From Candidatus Lokiarchaeum ossiferum (lineage in GTDB: Archaea; Asgardarchaeota; Lokiarchaeia; Sigyniarchaeales; Promethearchaeaceae), in the NCBI GenBank assembly GCA_025839675.1, contig CP104013.1, positions 2,880,001 through 2,912,000 on the forward strand: a stretch of DNA of 32,000 nucleotides, given 5' to 3'. Position 1 is the stretch's first letter. The number at the start of each line of letters is the position of its first letter. A model generated the notes under the pieces. That model made no database searches, was not told the DNA's origin, and saw only the letters and a program-made list of their open reading frames with translations. A program made the translations under genes and the position numbers. Positions 15,797 through 24,546 of this stretch are shown here, one piece after another.

Positions 15797-18661
15797 TTGA
15801 AAAAAGAGATGGCTAACCTGAATCTTTCGGAAGAATTAACAAACTCAGCAAAAATTCTTGAACAAAGAATTGGCATGCAAGCAATTATTTCAAAGATCTC
15901 TTCTCTATTTATAAGCTGTCCCTTTGATCTTGTTGATGAAAACATCGAAAAATCATTAGAAATTATAGGTAAGTTTACAAAAGTTGATACATGCCATGTG
16001 ATTATTCCAAATGAGGATAACAACCACAGCCTAGTTTTTGAATGGCACGATAAATCAGTAGAATCAACCAAACAAGTATTTGAACATGCAATTTTATCGG
16101 AAAAAATCTTTCAGAATAACCTACTGATAAATCCACTTTTTGTAGCACAAACGAGCAAATTTAATTTTCCTTCTCCCAAGTTGAAGCAAATTTTTACGAA
16201 TTTAGGAATACTGTCTTTCCTTATTGTCCCTATGAAATATCTCGGTAAAAATTTTGGGTTTATTACATTATCCAATTCTACCCATAAAAGAACTTTAGAT
16301 CCAAAAAATCAAGCATTGGTTAACTCAATTGCAGAGATATTTGTTTCAAAAATAATAACAAAAAAATTAGAAGAAGAGAAGCAAGAACAAGAACTTAAAT
16401 ACCAAAATCTATTCAACAATATGGTTAATGGGTTCTCCTATCACAATGTAGTCTTTGATGCCAATGACGAACCCATAGATTTTATTTATGTGGATGTCAA
16501 TCCTGCATTTACAATTTTAACGGGTAGATCTCGTGAAGAAGTGATTGGTAAGAAATTATCGGAAATCAGTCCAAATTATTTGAAAGTACTGAAAAAACAT
16601 TATTATAAAGTTATAGTCGATAAATTTAATCTTACTTACGAGTATTATTCAAGTTCTATTGACAAATGGTTTTTGGTTAATTCTTACTCACCGGAAGATG
16701 GATATTTTGTTAATATATTTAATGATATTACAGAACGTAAAATAGCAGAACAAAAGCTTCAACAAAACGAAGAATGGTTTCAAGATGTTCTCAAGAATGC
16801 CTTGGATGCATCGTACAGAATCAATTACATTACTCACAAAGTGGAGTATATTTCCCCAGTTTTTACCAAAATGACAGGAATATCAACAGAAAGTTTTAAT
16901 TATCAAGATTTTAAAGCGCGAATTCATCCAACAGATTTTGAACACCAAGAAACTTACTTTTATGAAGAAATTAGAAGAAATCCAAGTTCGAAAATTCCAT
17001 TGAAGATGAAATATAGGTTTAAATGCTATGGAGATAATTATCTTTGGTTGGAAGACAATTTTACTTTAATTGTGGATGAAAAAAGGCAGCCTTGCTATTC
17101 AATTGGTACACTTAGAGACATTCATCAACAAACTGAAGCAGAAAGAAGGTTAAAACGGAGTGAACTAAGATTTCGGGAGGTTTTGGAACACTCATCAGAT
17201 GTAATTTATCGAATTGCATTTAAAACAAGAAAATTTGATTTTATTTCACCCTCAATTGAAGTTAATTTAGGATATACAGTAAATGAAATATTAAATCTCA
17301 ATTTTAATGATTCTCTTGCATTAATTCACCCAGAAGATCGACAATTAGTAAATAACAAGATGAAACAATTATTAAATGAGAAGAAACACGAAAATACCAT
17401 TAATATTCAATATAGGCTTAAAAACAAACAAAATAGCTATATTTGGGTCAATGAAAATCGGACGTCTATACGCAATAAAAAAAATAAGATTATATTTATT
17501 TTAGGAGTATTTAGAGATGTCACAGATCAATTAGAATTAGAAAAAGAACGATTACGAGCAGATAAAATTGAATCAATTGGACTCTTGGCAGCCGGAATCG
17601 CCCACGATTTTAATAATCTACTCGTTTCAATATTAGGGAACGTAAATTTATTACAAATGACTCAAATAGATGAGGAACAATCAGATATATTACACGATAT
17701 TGAACAGGGCACTTTTAACGCAACTAATTTAACAAAACAACTATTAACATTTGCAAAAGGCGGAGCCCCTATAAAGAAAAGTGAAAATTTGAAAGATATT
17801 GTTGAAAATGCCACAAAATTTGTTTTAAGGGGATCAAAATGCCGAGCAACTTTCAATTTTGAATCAAATCTTCCCCAAACCGCTATTGATGCAGGACAAA
17901 TGAATCAAGTTCTTATGAATTTACTTATCAATGCCGATCATGCAATGAGTGAGGGAGGAGTGATTCAGATTACAGTCAAATCAACATTGTTAGAAGAATC
18001 ATCAAGTATACCTCTAAAAAAGGGAAAATATCTTCTGATTGAGATTAAAGATCAAGGAAAGGGAATCAAGCCAATACACAAAGATAGCATATTTAAACCA
18101 TACTTCACAACAAAATCTAAAGGATCGGGGCTGGGATTGGCGACTTGTTATTCCATCATCAAACAGCATAATGGCTACATTAATTTTCGCTCCAATCTTC
18201 AAGAGGGAACAACATTCTTTTTCTACCTCCCGATTTCAGAGTCAGAAACGATTAAAGCTAATGAAGAACAACAAATATCGAGTAAAATCAATAAATCTAT
18301 TTTAGTTTTAGATGATGATGCCAACATTCACAAGCTTCTGCAACGTTTATTCAAGAAACTCTCAATTAAACTCGATTCTATTTATGATGGAAAAGAGATA
18401 TTAGAAATTTATAAGAAAAAAGACTCAATGGGAGAAAAATATGATTTAGTGATCATGGATTTAACTATTCCGGGAGGGATTGGAGGACAAGAAGCAATTT
18501 CCCGGCTTAAATCATATGATCGGAATGTTAAAGCAATTGTTTCCAGCGGATATTCAAATGATCCCATCATGTCAAATTATGAAAAATATGGTTTTATTGA
18601 TGTTCTTCCGAAACCTTTCACGATTCAGGAATTAAAAACCATCATCGAAAAACATTGTTAA
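15797..18661 (+). CDS. Hybrid sensor histidine kinase/response regulator with multiple PAS domains
   Basis: N-terminal GAF-like region, then three PAS-like modules. H-box AAGIAHDFNNLL (His codon 17602-17604). HATPase N/G boxes (MNLLINADHAM, DQGKGI, GSGLGLA). C-terminal receiver ILVLDDD..DLVIMDLTIPGG..LPKPF (Asp codon 18458-18460). The start may be ATG 15809 rather than TTG 15797. Confidence 0.85.
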   Translation: MKKEMANLNLSEELTNSAKILEQRIGMQAIISKISSLFISCPFDLVDENIEKSLEIIGKFTKVDTCHVIIPNEDNNHSLVFEWHDKSVESTKQVFEHAILSEKIFQNNLLINPLFVAQTSKFNFPSPKLKQIFTNLGILSFLIVPMKYLGKNFGFITLSNSTHKRTLDPKNQALVNSIAEIFVSKIITKKLEEEKQEQELKYQNLFNNMVNGFSYHNVVFDANDEPIDFIYVDVNPAFTILTGRSREEVIGKKLSEISPNYLKVLKKHYYKVIVDKFNLTYEYYSSSIDKWFLVNSYSPEDGYFVNIFNDITERKIAEQKLQQNEEWFQDVLKNALDASYRINYITHKVEYISPVFTKMTGISTESFNYQDFKARIHPTDFEHQETYFYEEIRRNPSSKIPLKMKYRFKCYGDNYLWLEDNFTLIVDEKRQPCYSIGTLRDIHQQTEAERRLKRSELRFREVLEHSSDVIYRIAFKTRKFDFISPSIEVNLGYTVNEILNLNFNDSLALIHPEDRQLVNNKMKQLLNEKKHENTINIQYRLKNKQNSYIWVNENRTSIRNKKNKIIFILGVFRDVTDQLELEKERLRADKIESIGLLAAGIAHDFNNLLVSILGNVNLLQMTQIDEEQSDILHDIEQGTFNATNLTKQLLTFAKGGAPIKKSENLKDIVENATKFVLRGSKCRATFNFESNLPQTAIDAGQMNQVLMNLLINADHAMSEGGVIQITVKSTLLEESSSIPLKKGKYLLIEIKDQGKGIKPIHKDSIFKPYFTTKSKGSGLGLATCYSIIKQHNGYINFRSNLQEGTTFFFYLPISESETIKANEEQQISSKINKSILVLDDDANIHKLLQRLFKKLSIKLDSIYDGKEILEIYKKKDSMGEKYDLVIMDLTIPGGIGGQEAISRLKSYDRNVKAIVSSGYSNDPIMSNYEKYGFIDVLPKPFTIQELKTIIEKHC

Positions 18662-18731
18662 AAAAATGGTAGATAGAAATCACTTAGGGGAATAACATCA
18701 TTTAAATTCCATTTGAACTAAACTATGTTTA

Positions 18732-19118
18732 ATGGGGAAATTATCACTTATTATTTTACCAGAAACTTATGCTATTTGCAGGCTCTCCCCTCACGAAAAC
18801 ATTCCGAAACCAAAAAACCAAGATCATTTCTTTTCGGTAACTCAAACAAACCAGGAAATATCGGTCGTATTAGATGAACGTGATGTTTCACCCGATTGTA
18901 GTACAGTTGAATTAGGTTGGCGATGTTTAAAGATTGACGGTCCGTTATATTTCAGTCTTATTGGCATTCTGGCATCAATAGCAGTACCTCTTGCAGAAGC
19001 GAAGGTCAGCATTTTTACAATTTCAACTTTTGACACTGATTATCTACTAGTAAAAAGTAGAGATCTCCAAAAGGCGAAAGAGGCGTTAAATAAAGCCGGA
19101 TTTAATATAAATCATTAA
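18732..19118 (+). CDS. ACT-domain protein (ACT_7/CASTOR-like)
   Basis: Pattern LIILPETYAICRL, FFSVTQTNQEISVV, GWRCLKIDGPLYFSLIGILASIAVPLAEAKVSIFTISTFDTDYLLVK matches the small ACT_7 family. Confidence 0.75.
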   Translation: MGKLSLIILPETYAICRLSPHENIPKPKNQDHFFSVTQTNQEISVVLDERDVSPDCSTVELGWRCLKIDGPLYFSLIGILASIAVPLAEAKVSIFTISTFDTDYLLVKSRDLQKAKEALNKAGFNINH

Positions 19119-19134
19119 AATTGTCGAAAAAAAA

Positions 19135-19578
19135 TTATCTTTCATCCCACGATGGAACGTCTTCATTCACACAATAAAGAAATACGAAAGTCCCCGTGCG
19201 CCCTAGCCATTTAAATTTTTTAGAGATTTCTTTATTCTTTTCAGGATATACTAAGTTTCTTAAAGAGTGCAGATATTCTGCGAAGGATCCAAATTGACTG
19301 ACAATTTCATTAAATATTCTTGCATTTTCAACAGTGGCCCGGATTTTACGGATATTTCGAATAATTAAACTCGATTCTAATGCAGCAAAAATTTCATCTT
19401 CACCCCACTTAGCTATAATTTGTGGATCAAAATTTAGAAAGACTTTCCTAAAACCTTCCCATTTACTTTGAACAACTTTATACGAGAAACCGGCTTGAAA
19501 TACAGCTTTGGTGATCTGTTCAAAATATTCCTGATCAATTTCAGGAGTTATTCGGGGAGGTATGATTAATTCAGGCAT
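19135..19578 (-). CDS. DNA-3-methyladenine glycosylase I (Tag)-like protein, truncated form
   Basis: YFEQITKAVFQAGFSYKVVQSKWEGFRKVF.NFDP....IIRNIRKIRATVENAR aligns with the E. coli Tag core (LFE..QAGLSW..L.KRE.YR..F..FDP...IIR.R.KI.A...NA). Lacks the N-terminal CGW/YHD.EWG segment and the C-terminal His/Cys zinc ligands. GGTG ribosome-binding site lies in the last codons of the upstream gene. Confidence 0.65.
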   Translation of the reverse strand: MPELIIPPRITPEIDQEYFEQITKAVFQAGFSYKVVQSKWEGFRKVFLNFDPQIIAKWGEDEIFAALESSLIIRNIRKIRATVENARIFNEIVSQFGSFAEYLHSLRNLVYPEKNKEISKKFKWLGRTGTFVFLYCVNEDVPSWDER

Positions 19579-19580
19579 TT

Positions 19581-19793
19581 TTACACCTTGAGGGTTTTAT
19601 CAATCGATCCATCGGGTAACATATTATCTGGATGAATTTGTCCGTTATTTTCCATTTGATACCGAACACATTTGGAATTAGCAACCAAACAATAATTATT
19701 AACCCAAGTGGAGTCTAATAAGCCCTTATCAGTATAATACTTGATAGGACATATCAAATACCATTTGCATACTGATTCGGGCACGTTGAACAC
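19581..19793 (-). CDS. Small Cys-rich protein (putative metal-binding), 67-70 aa
   Basis: Four Cys arranged C9-x5-C15...C35-x6-C42, plus Trp/Tyr-rich segments and HPDNMLPDGS. Sits between the aminotransferase (19-nt gap) and the Tag-like gene (2-nt gap). The start is GTG 19793 or the GTG 9 nt downstream, which has AGGTG upstream. Confidence 0.5.
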   Translation of the reverse strand: MFNVPESVCKWYLICPIKYYTDKGLLDSTWVNNYCLVANSKCVRYQMENNGQIHPDNMLPDGSIDKTLKV

Positions 19794-19812
19794 CTAATTT
19801 ATATTAAAAAAA

Positions 19813-20982
19813 TTAAAGGAAATTTCGATTGCGGAGGAATTTTTCAATCCGATTGAAGCCTTCTTCCAGCTTTTCATCGCTGGTGGCATAAGATATGCGG
19901 AGGGAATCATTAGAATAGCTTCCAAATCCACTGCCAGGGACACAAGCAACTTTTTGTTCTTGAACTAGAGCATTCGAAAATTCATCTCCATCCATACCCC
20001 ATTCTGGGTTTAACTTAGGCATAATATAAAAAGCACCTTTGGGCATATCTACAATGAATTTCATTTCTTTCAATCTTCGAACACAAAATTGACGTTTACG
20101 GTCATATTCTTCGATTATCTCTGGAATATTCATGCGATCAACATGTTTTAGCCCTTCTATAGCACCATATTGAACCGGATGATTGACTCCCGCGGTTGTA
20201 TATTGAATATATTTTTCCATATTAATGATTATTTCTTCACTAGCGGCAATATAACCTAATCTTAATCCTGTAGCCCCAAAGGTTTTACTAAGCGCGTTTA
20301 AGGTAATAGTGCGATCTTTCATTCCCTCATAGGATGCAGGGCTGATATGAGTCATTCCATCAAAATAGAATTTTTCATAGACTTCATCGCTAACAAGATA
20401 GAGATCATGTTCTAATACAAGGGCAACTATTGCATCCATTTCTTCCTTGGAAAATGCATACCCTGTTGGATTACTCGGAGAATTAATGAGAATAAATTTG
20501 GTTTTTGGAGTGATTGCATTTTTAATTCCCTCAATATCTGGAGAATAATTGTTTTTGGCAGGTACTTCCACACATTTTATTCCATAGTAATCCGCTAAAT
20601 GATAATAGCTTAAAAAAGCAGGACTGGACAAGATCATTTCATCCCCTGGATTCGTTAAGACAGCATAGGCTAATTGTAAAGCTTGACTCCCTCCATTTGT
20701 AACAATTGTGTTTTCGGGTTTGACCCAGGACATATTATTTTCGTTTTTAAATTTGTAAGCAATGATTTCCCGCAATTGAGGAATTCCTCGGGCAGGAGCA
20801 TATTGTGTTTTATGTTCTCGGAGAGCTTTGATAATGGCATCATTCATATAATCGGGAGAGGTAAAATCAGGTTGACCAATTCCAAAACTGATCGCATCAG
20901 ATCCAGATTTTAGAAGCATATCGAATAATTTGCGGATCTTGGATTTTTTTGAATTTAAAATAGCTTGGCTTAATTCCTTCAT
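19813..20982 (-). CDS. Class I/II PLP-dependent aminotransferase (aspartate aminotransferase-like)
   Basis: ISFGIGQPDF, TNGGSQAL, NSPSNPTG, DEVY, PLP-lysine motif LSKTFGATGLRLGY and RISYA. Confidence 0.9.
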   Translation of the reverse strand: MKELSQAILNSKKSKIRKLFDMLLKSGSDAISFGIGQPDFTSPDYMNDAIIKALREHKTQYAPARGIPQLREIIAYKFKNENNMSWVKPENTIVTNGGSQALQLAYAVLTNPGDEMILSSPAFLSYYHLADYYGIKCVEVPAKNNYSPDIEGIKNAITPKTKFILINSPSNPTGYAFSKEEMDAIVALVLEHDLYLVSDEVYEKFYFDGMTHISPASYEGMKDRTITLNALSKTFGATGLRLGYIAASEEIIINMEKYIQYTTAGVNHPVQYGAIEGLKHVDRMNIPEIIEEYDRKRQFCVRRLKEMKFIVDMPKGAFYIMPKLNPEWGMDGDEFSNALVQEQKVACVPGSGFGSYSNDSLRISYATSDEKLEEGFNRIEKFLRNRNFL

Positions 20983-21178
20983 GATGGTTAATGATAGGTG
21001 CGAAGATTTTAAAAAGCTTGGTGGGTTTAATTTGGGAATTCCAATTTTTAACTCAAAAAAAACTCAAATAATTGATGTGGTAATTACAAAACAGTCATGG
21101 ATTTTTATATTTGTAGTGTTCTTAGATAGTTGGTTTATTTTTGTTTACAAAAAAAATGCTTTCGAAGATGAAAAAAAC

Positions 21179-21382
21179 ATGCGACGTCTTGTATGGGGAA
21201 CTGTAATCGGGGCTATGATCGGGCTTTTAATTTTAGCAGTAACTAACAACCCTTTTGTGATTGTTGGGTATTTTGGACTCTACTTATTGGCAGTAGTCAC
21301 AATTTTTCAACATTTTTATGAAAAAATTCGAACTACTGAAATTTTACAAACAACGGAACAATCTTCACTGAACGAAAACTAA
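21179..21382 (+). CDS. Possible small two-TM membrane protein (weak call)
   Basis: ATG-initiated 3' part of the 150-aa ORF (MRRLVWGTVIGAMIGLLILAV..FGLYLLAVVTIF). The upstream part of that ORF overlaps the divergent aminotransferase start, so only this part is proposed. No homology recognised. Confidence 0.3.
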   Translation: MRRLVWGTVIGAMIGLLILAVTNNPFVIVGYFGLYLLAVVTIFQHFYEKIRTTEILQTTEQSSLNEN

Positions 21383-21509
21383 TTTTTTTTATTTTATTGA
21401 TTTCTTCCCGAAATTTTTTTCGCTTTTATTCCAAAAAAAAGCCATATATCTCTAAAATCCCTTAGAACAGTAATATAGCTGTGATAATGTGGGATGGGAT
21501 TATTTTTAA

Positions 21510-22421
21510 ATGGATGCTGAAGCAAAAAAAAGGTTAATTGAACGGAGTTTTAAAGAAATTGAAGAAAAAAAGGCCCTTTTCAATAATAATCCAGAGAATT
21601 CCACCCAATATTTTGAAAAATTAAAAGATTTAATCACTTTTGAAGGTAATTTGGACCTCTCAAATTATCGAAAAAAGTATCTAGAGAGGAGATTTCTTCA
21701 TCGCCTTTCTTTTTTGAACATTGAATCCTACAAGAAATATATTGATTTTGCAAAAGATAATCCTAAAGAAATATTGGAAATGAAAGATTCCCTTACCATC
21801 CATACTACCGAATGGTTTCGGGATAAAACCCCTTTCGAATTATTAAGAAAAAACATTCTTCCTAGGATATTAAAAACAAAAAAACTCGCAGCAGACAAAA
21901 CTTTCAGAATTTTTTCCGCGCCTTGTAGCTCAGGGCAAGAACCATACACATTAGCCATGATTTTGGATGATATCCGTAGAGAACTTGGCATTACTACACC
22001 AATAGAAATTTATGGGTGTGATGTAGAACCGAAAATTGTCGAAAAGGCGAAAGATGGAAAATATTTTGCTCAGTATATGAAAGGAATTCCAGTAGAATTT
22101 GTGGATCGTTATTTTACACCATTACCCGATGATTGGTTTGAAATTAAGCATTCTATTAAGCGGATGGTGAAATTTTTTGTCCAAAATTTGTTCAAACCTC
22201 TTCCTTCATGGATCAAATCAATGGACGTGATACTCTGCCGGAATTTATTAATTTATATTGATCGCGACCACCAATTGCAAGTTATTCAGAATCTATCAAA
22301 AATTCTACGCAAAAATGGATATTTGATGCTAGGAAAAACTGAAAGTCTGCTTATCCTAAATACTAAAACAGATTTTATCGCGGAAAATGCCCGTGAACAT
22401 CTATATCAATACACCCCATGA
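21510..22421 (+). CDS. cheR: CheR-type protein-glutamate O-methyltransferase (SAM-dependent)
   Basis: TEWFRD, FRIFSAPCSSGQEPYTLAMIL, IYGCDVEPKIVEKAKDGKY, ILCRNLLIYIDRD and GYLMLGKTES align with the canonical CheR (WSAA.STGEEPYS, ASDID...L.KA..G.Y, IFCRNVMIYFD). Confidence 0.8.
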   Translation: MDAEAKKRLIERSFKEIEEKKALFNNNPENSTQYFEKLKDLITFEGNLDLSNYRKKYLERRFLHRLSFLNIESYKKYIDFAKDNPKEILEMKDSLTIHTTEWFRDKTPFELLRKNILPRILKTKKLAADKTFRIFSAPCSSGQEPYTLAMILDDIRRELGITTPIEIYGCDVEPKIVEKAKDGKYFAQYMKGIPVEFVDRYFTPLPDDWFEIKHSIKRMVKFFVQNLFKPLPSWIKSMDVILCRNLLIYIDRDHQLQVIQNLSKILRKNGYLMLGKTESLLILNTKTDFIAENAREHLYQYTP

Positions 22422-22483
22422 TTTTGTGGGATGACTAAAATTGAGGGGTAAAGTTATTTTGTGATAAAATAAATAATTGTATA

Positions 22484-23794
22484 ATGCTCCCAGTGATCAA
22501 TCAGATTTTCATAGCTCTTTTGATTTTTTCGCTCATCTTGGTGTATTCAAAAGAAAATTGGGATGCAACACTTTTTATTCTGATTTTTGCTATTGTTGGA
22601 GCTCTCTTCACCAGTTTGGTATTTGAAGTTGACATTGATACCTTTTTTAACTATATTCCTCTACAAACACTAACTTTCCTCATTTTTATGGATATTTTCA
22701 TTAAAATTCTGGTCAAAGATAAAGTGTTTGAATACATGACGATCCAGTTAATCCATATCACCCATGTAAATATCCGATTACTCTTCTATCTACTATGTAT
22801 TGCAAGTGCCTTAATTTCTGGGATTATGGAAGATGTGTCAGTTGCTCTTATTTTCAATCCAATCATATTTCGAGCTACGAAAATTCTAAAAATCGAGACG
22901 AAACCATTTATAATGGGTATAACATCATCAATTTTAATTGGAAATTTATTAACTCCTTTTGCAACTCCTGTAAGTATAATCATTGCCTCGGGATTTGATT
23001 TGAATATGGGCTGGTATTTCAAGTATTTTTCGATTCTTTTTGTTCTCCTACTAGGTACCAGTTTATTTCTGATTGATAAATTTTTTATTAAGAAACTCCC
23101 TTCACCTTCCGATAAAGATGTTCAAATTTTGATGGTCATTATGGATCCAGAATATGTAATCGTCAATAAGAACCGATTTATCCGCTTAATTATTTACTTG
23201 GTTATATTGGTTATATGTATTGCATTTAACATCTTGCCTTTTATGGTTGTAAGTTTTATCACCATTTTTACATTACTCGTGGAGCGGATTAAATTTGATA
23301 AAGTGTTAAAAACTGCCAATTGGAACCTGTTATTTTTATATTGTGGCTTGTTTGTTTTGATCGGATGCATGGTTGAGAATGGAACAATTGGTATGATCCA
23401 AGATGGTTTAAGCTTCATTATTGGAGGCAATTTAATTATAGCCATGCTAATTATTCTTATTGTAGGTAGCCTTCTGGCAAGTTTTGTCTCTAAAAGTTTA
23501 ACTTCCATCATATTTATAGCGATAATATCAACATTATTTTTGGAAACATTCACAAATACTGTAGATCAAACCCTTCTAATCCTTGCCCTTACCATTGCAA
23601 TTTTAATAGGTGGAAACATGGTTCCACAAGCATCCAGCTTTATATTATTTACCATTCAGCTAGCAAAAACAGAAAAAGTACCCAGTTTAACCTATCAATC
23701 CTTTAAGAAGGAAATGGGCAAGTTTTCAGTTCTCTCCGTGTCCATCACCATTATATATTATATTTTGCTAGCAATTATCCTTAAATTGCTATAA
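22484..23794 (+). CDS. Polytopic membrane permease (ArsB/NhaD-CitMHS-like ion transporter superfamily, tentative)
   Basis: 436 aa with 10 or more hydrophobic helices and a central cytoplasmic-looking loop (KKLPSPSDKDVQILMVIMDPEY), as in two-repeat ion transporters. The family assignment is tentative. Confidence 0.55.
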   Translation: MLPVINQIFIALLIFSLILVYSKENWDATLFILIFAIVGALFTSLVFEVDIDTFFNYIPLQTLTFLIFMDIFIKILVKDKVFEYMTIQLIHITHVNIRLLFYLLCIASALISGIMEDVSVALIFNPIIFRATKILKIETKPFIMGITSSILIGNLLTPFATPVSIIIASGFDLNMGWYFKYFSILFVLLLGTSLFLIDKFFIKKLPSPSDKDVQILMVIMDPEYVIVNKNRFIRLIIYLVILVICIAFNILPFMVVSFITIFTLLVERIKFDKVLKTANWNLLFLYCGLFVLIGCMVENGTIGMIQDGLSFIIGGNLIIAMLIILIVGSLLASFVSKSLTSIIFIAIISTLFLETFTNTVDQTLLILALTIAILIGGNMVPQASSFILFTIQLAKTEKVPSLTYQSFKKEMGKFSVLSVSITIIYYILLAIILKLL

Positions 23795-23815
23795 CCGAAA
23801 AGAAAAAAGAAGTTT

Positions 23816-24253
23816 TCAAAGTATAGGATTTAAGGATGCAATATGTTGATTGATTCCTACATTTCTAATATTTTCAATGGATACTTGAATTTCGTTATCA
23901 ATATGAACCCGAAATAGCATATTAAATTTCTTACAGGGATATTCGAGATCACATTCCGCACAGGTAAAATAGCTTCGTTTGGTGGCACATTTTCGAATTC
24001 CACAGAAAGGATTTCCTCCTTTATTTCTGCACCCAGGACATTCTCCTTTAAAAAATTCCATTGATTTTAAATACCCTTTATATTTTCGTTTCATAAATGG
24101 AATTACTTTAGCCATTTCAGCAAAATTTACCGCTTCCATTTTTTCTTGTAACAGCTGAGCAGTTTCTCGAATATCTTGAAATTTTGATTTACAATCCTTG
24201 CAATTTAGCCCACAATAGGCAATATCGACTTTTTCATATTTCTGTGTTTGCAA
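23816..24253 (-). CDS. Cys-rich DUF3795-like protein
   Basis: AYCGLNCKDCKS at the N-terminus, then CPGCRNKGGNPFCGIRKCA and FTCAECDLEYPCKKF. TTG start preceded by a strong GAGGGG 6 nt upstream. Confidence 0.6.
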   Translation of the reverse strand: MQTQKYEKVDIAYCGLNCKDCKSKFQDIRETAQLLQEKMEAVNFAEMAKVIPFMKRKYKGYLKSMEFFKGECPGCRNKGGNPFCGIRKCATKRSYFTCAECDLEYPCKKFNMLFRVHIDNEIQVSIENIRNVGINQHIASLNPIL

Positions 24254-24521
24254 TTTTTTCCCCTCAATATATGAAAAATAAGTAATTTCTTACAAACTAT
24301 AATATTAAGGAAATGAGACACTACATTTACTAGATTAGAAGAAAATTTATTGTGTCGGCCAAAAAGATTACGTTAGAGAGAAAAAAATTGATATTTAATT
24401 ATGATCTTTGAGAAAGATCTACAACAATTCTAGAACTGAAGAATTTTTTAGGTTTACACGAAAAAAATTATAAAATTCCTGAAAAATCCGAGTTTAATCA
24501 AGAAATTCATTCAAGGGGAGT

Positions 24522-24545
24522 AAAAAAAAGAAAGGAAAGAAAAAG
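24522..24545 (-). terminator. Oligo-T tract after the proteasome beta-like gene
   Basis: The minus strand reads CTTTTTCTTTCCTTTCTTTTTTTT immediately after the stop codon at 24547. Confidence 0.4.
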
Positions 24546-24546
24546 T

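Noticed and set aside
15739-16071. 110-aa minus-strand ORF overlapping the histidine-kinase 5' end
   Set aside because: It overlaps the kinase coding region on the opposite strand, no domain is recognisable, and the kinase frame continues coherently for 954 aa.
20930-21178. 5' two-thirds of the 150-aa plus-strand ORF
   Set aside because: It overlaps the start of the well-supported divergent aminotransferase gene, which would leave no room for either promoter. It has no ATG with a ribosome-binding site and no recognisable homology. Only the ATG-initiated 3' part is kept, at low confidence.
23194-23553. 119-aa antisense ORF within the permease gene (also 22786-23022 and the plus-strand 22795-22998)
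   Set aside because: It is a shadow ORF opposite a 436-aa polytopic membrane gene, with no independent start signals or motifs.
24403-24419. Small hairpin GATCTTT-GAG-AAAGATC in the spacer between the DUF3795-like and proteasome-like genes
   Set aside because: The stem is only 7 bp and A/T-rich, it is not adjacent to a T-run or a gene end, and there is no support for an RNA gene.
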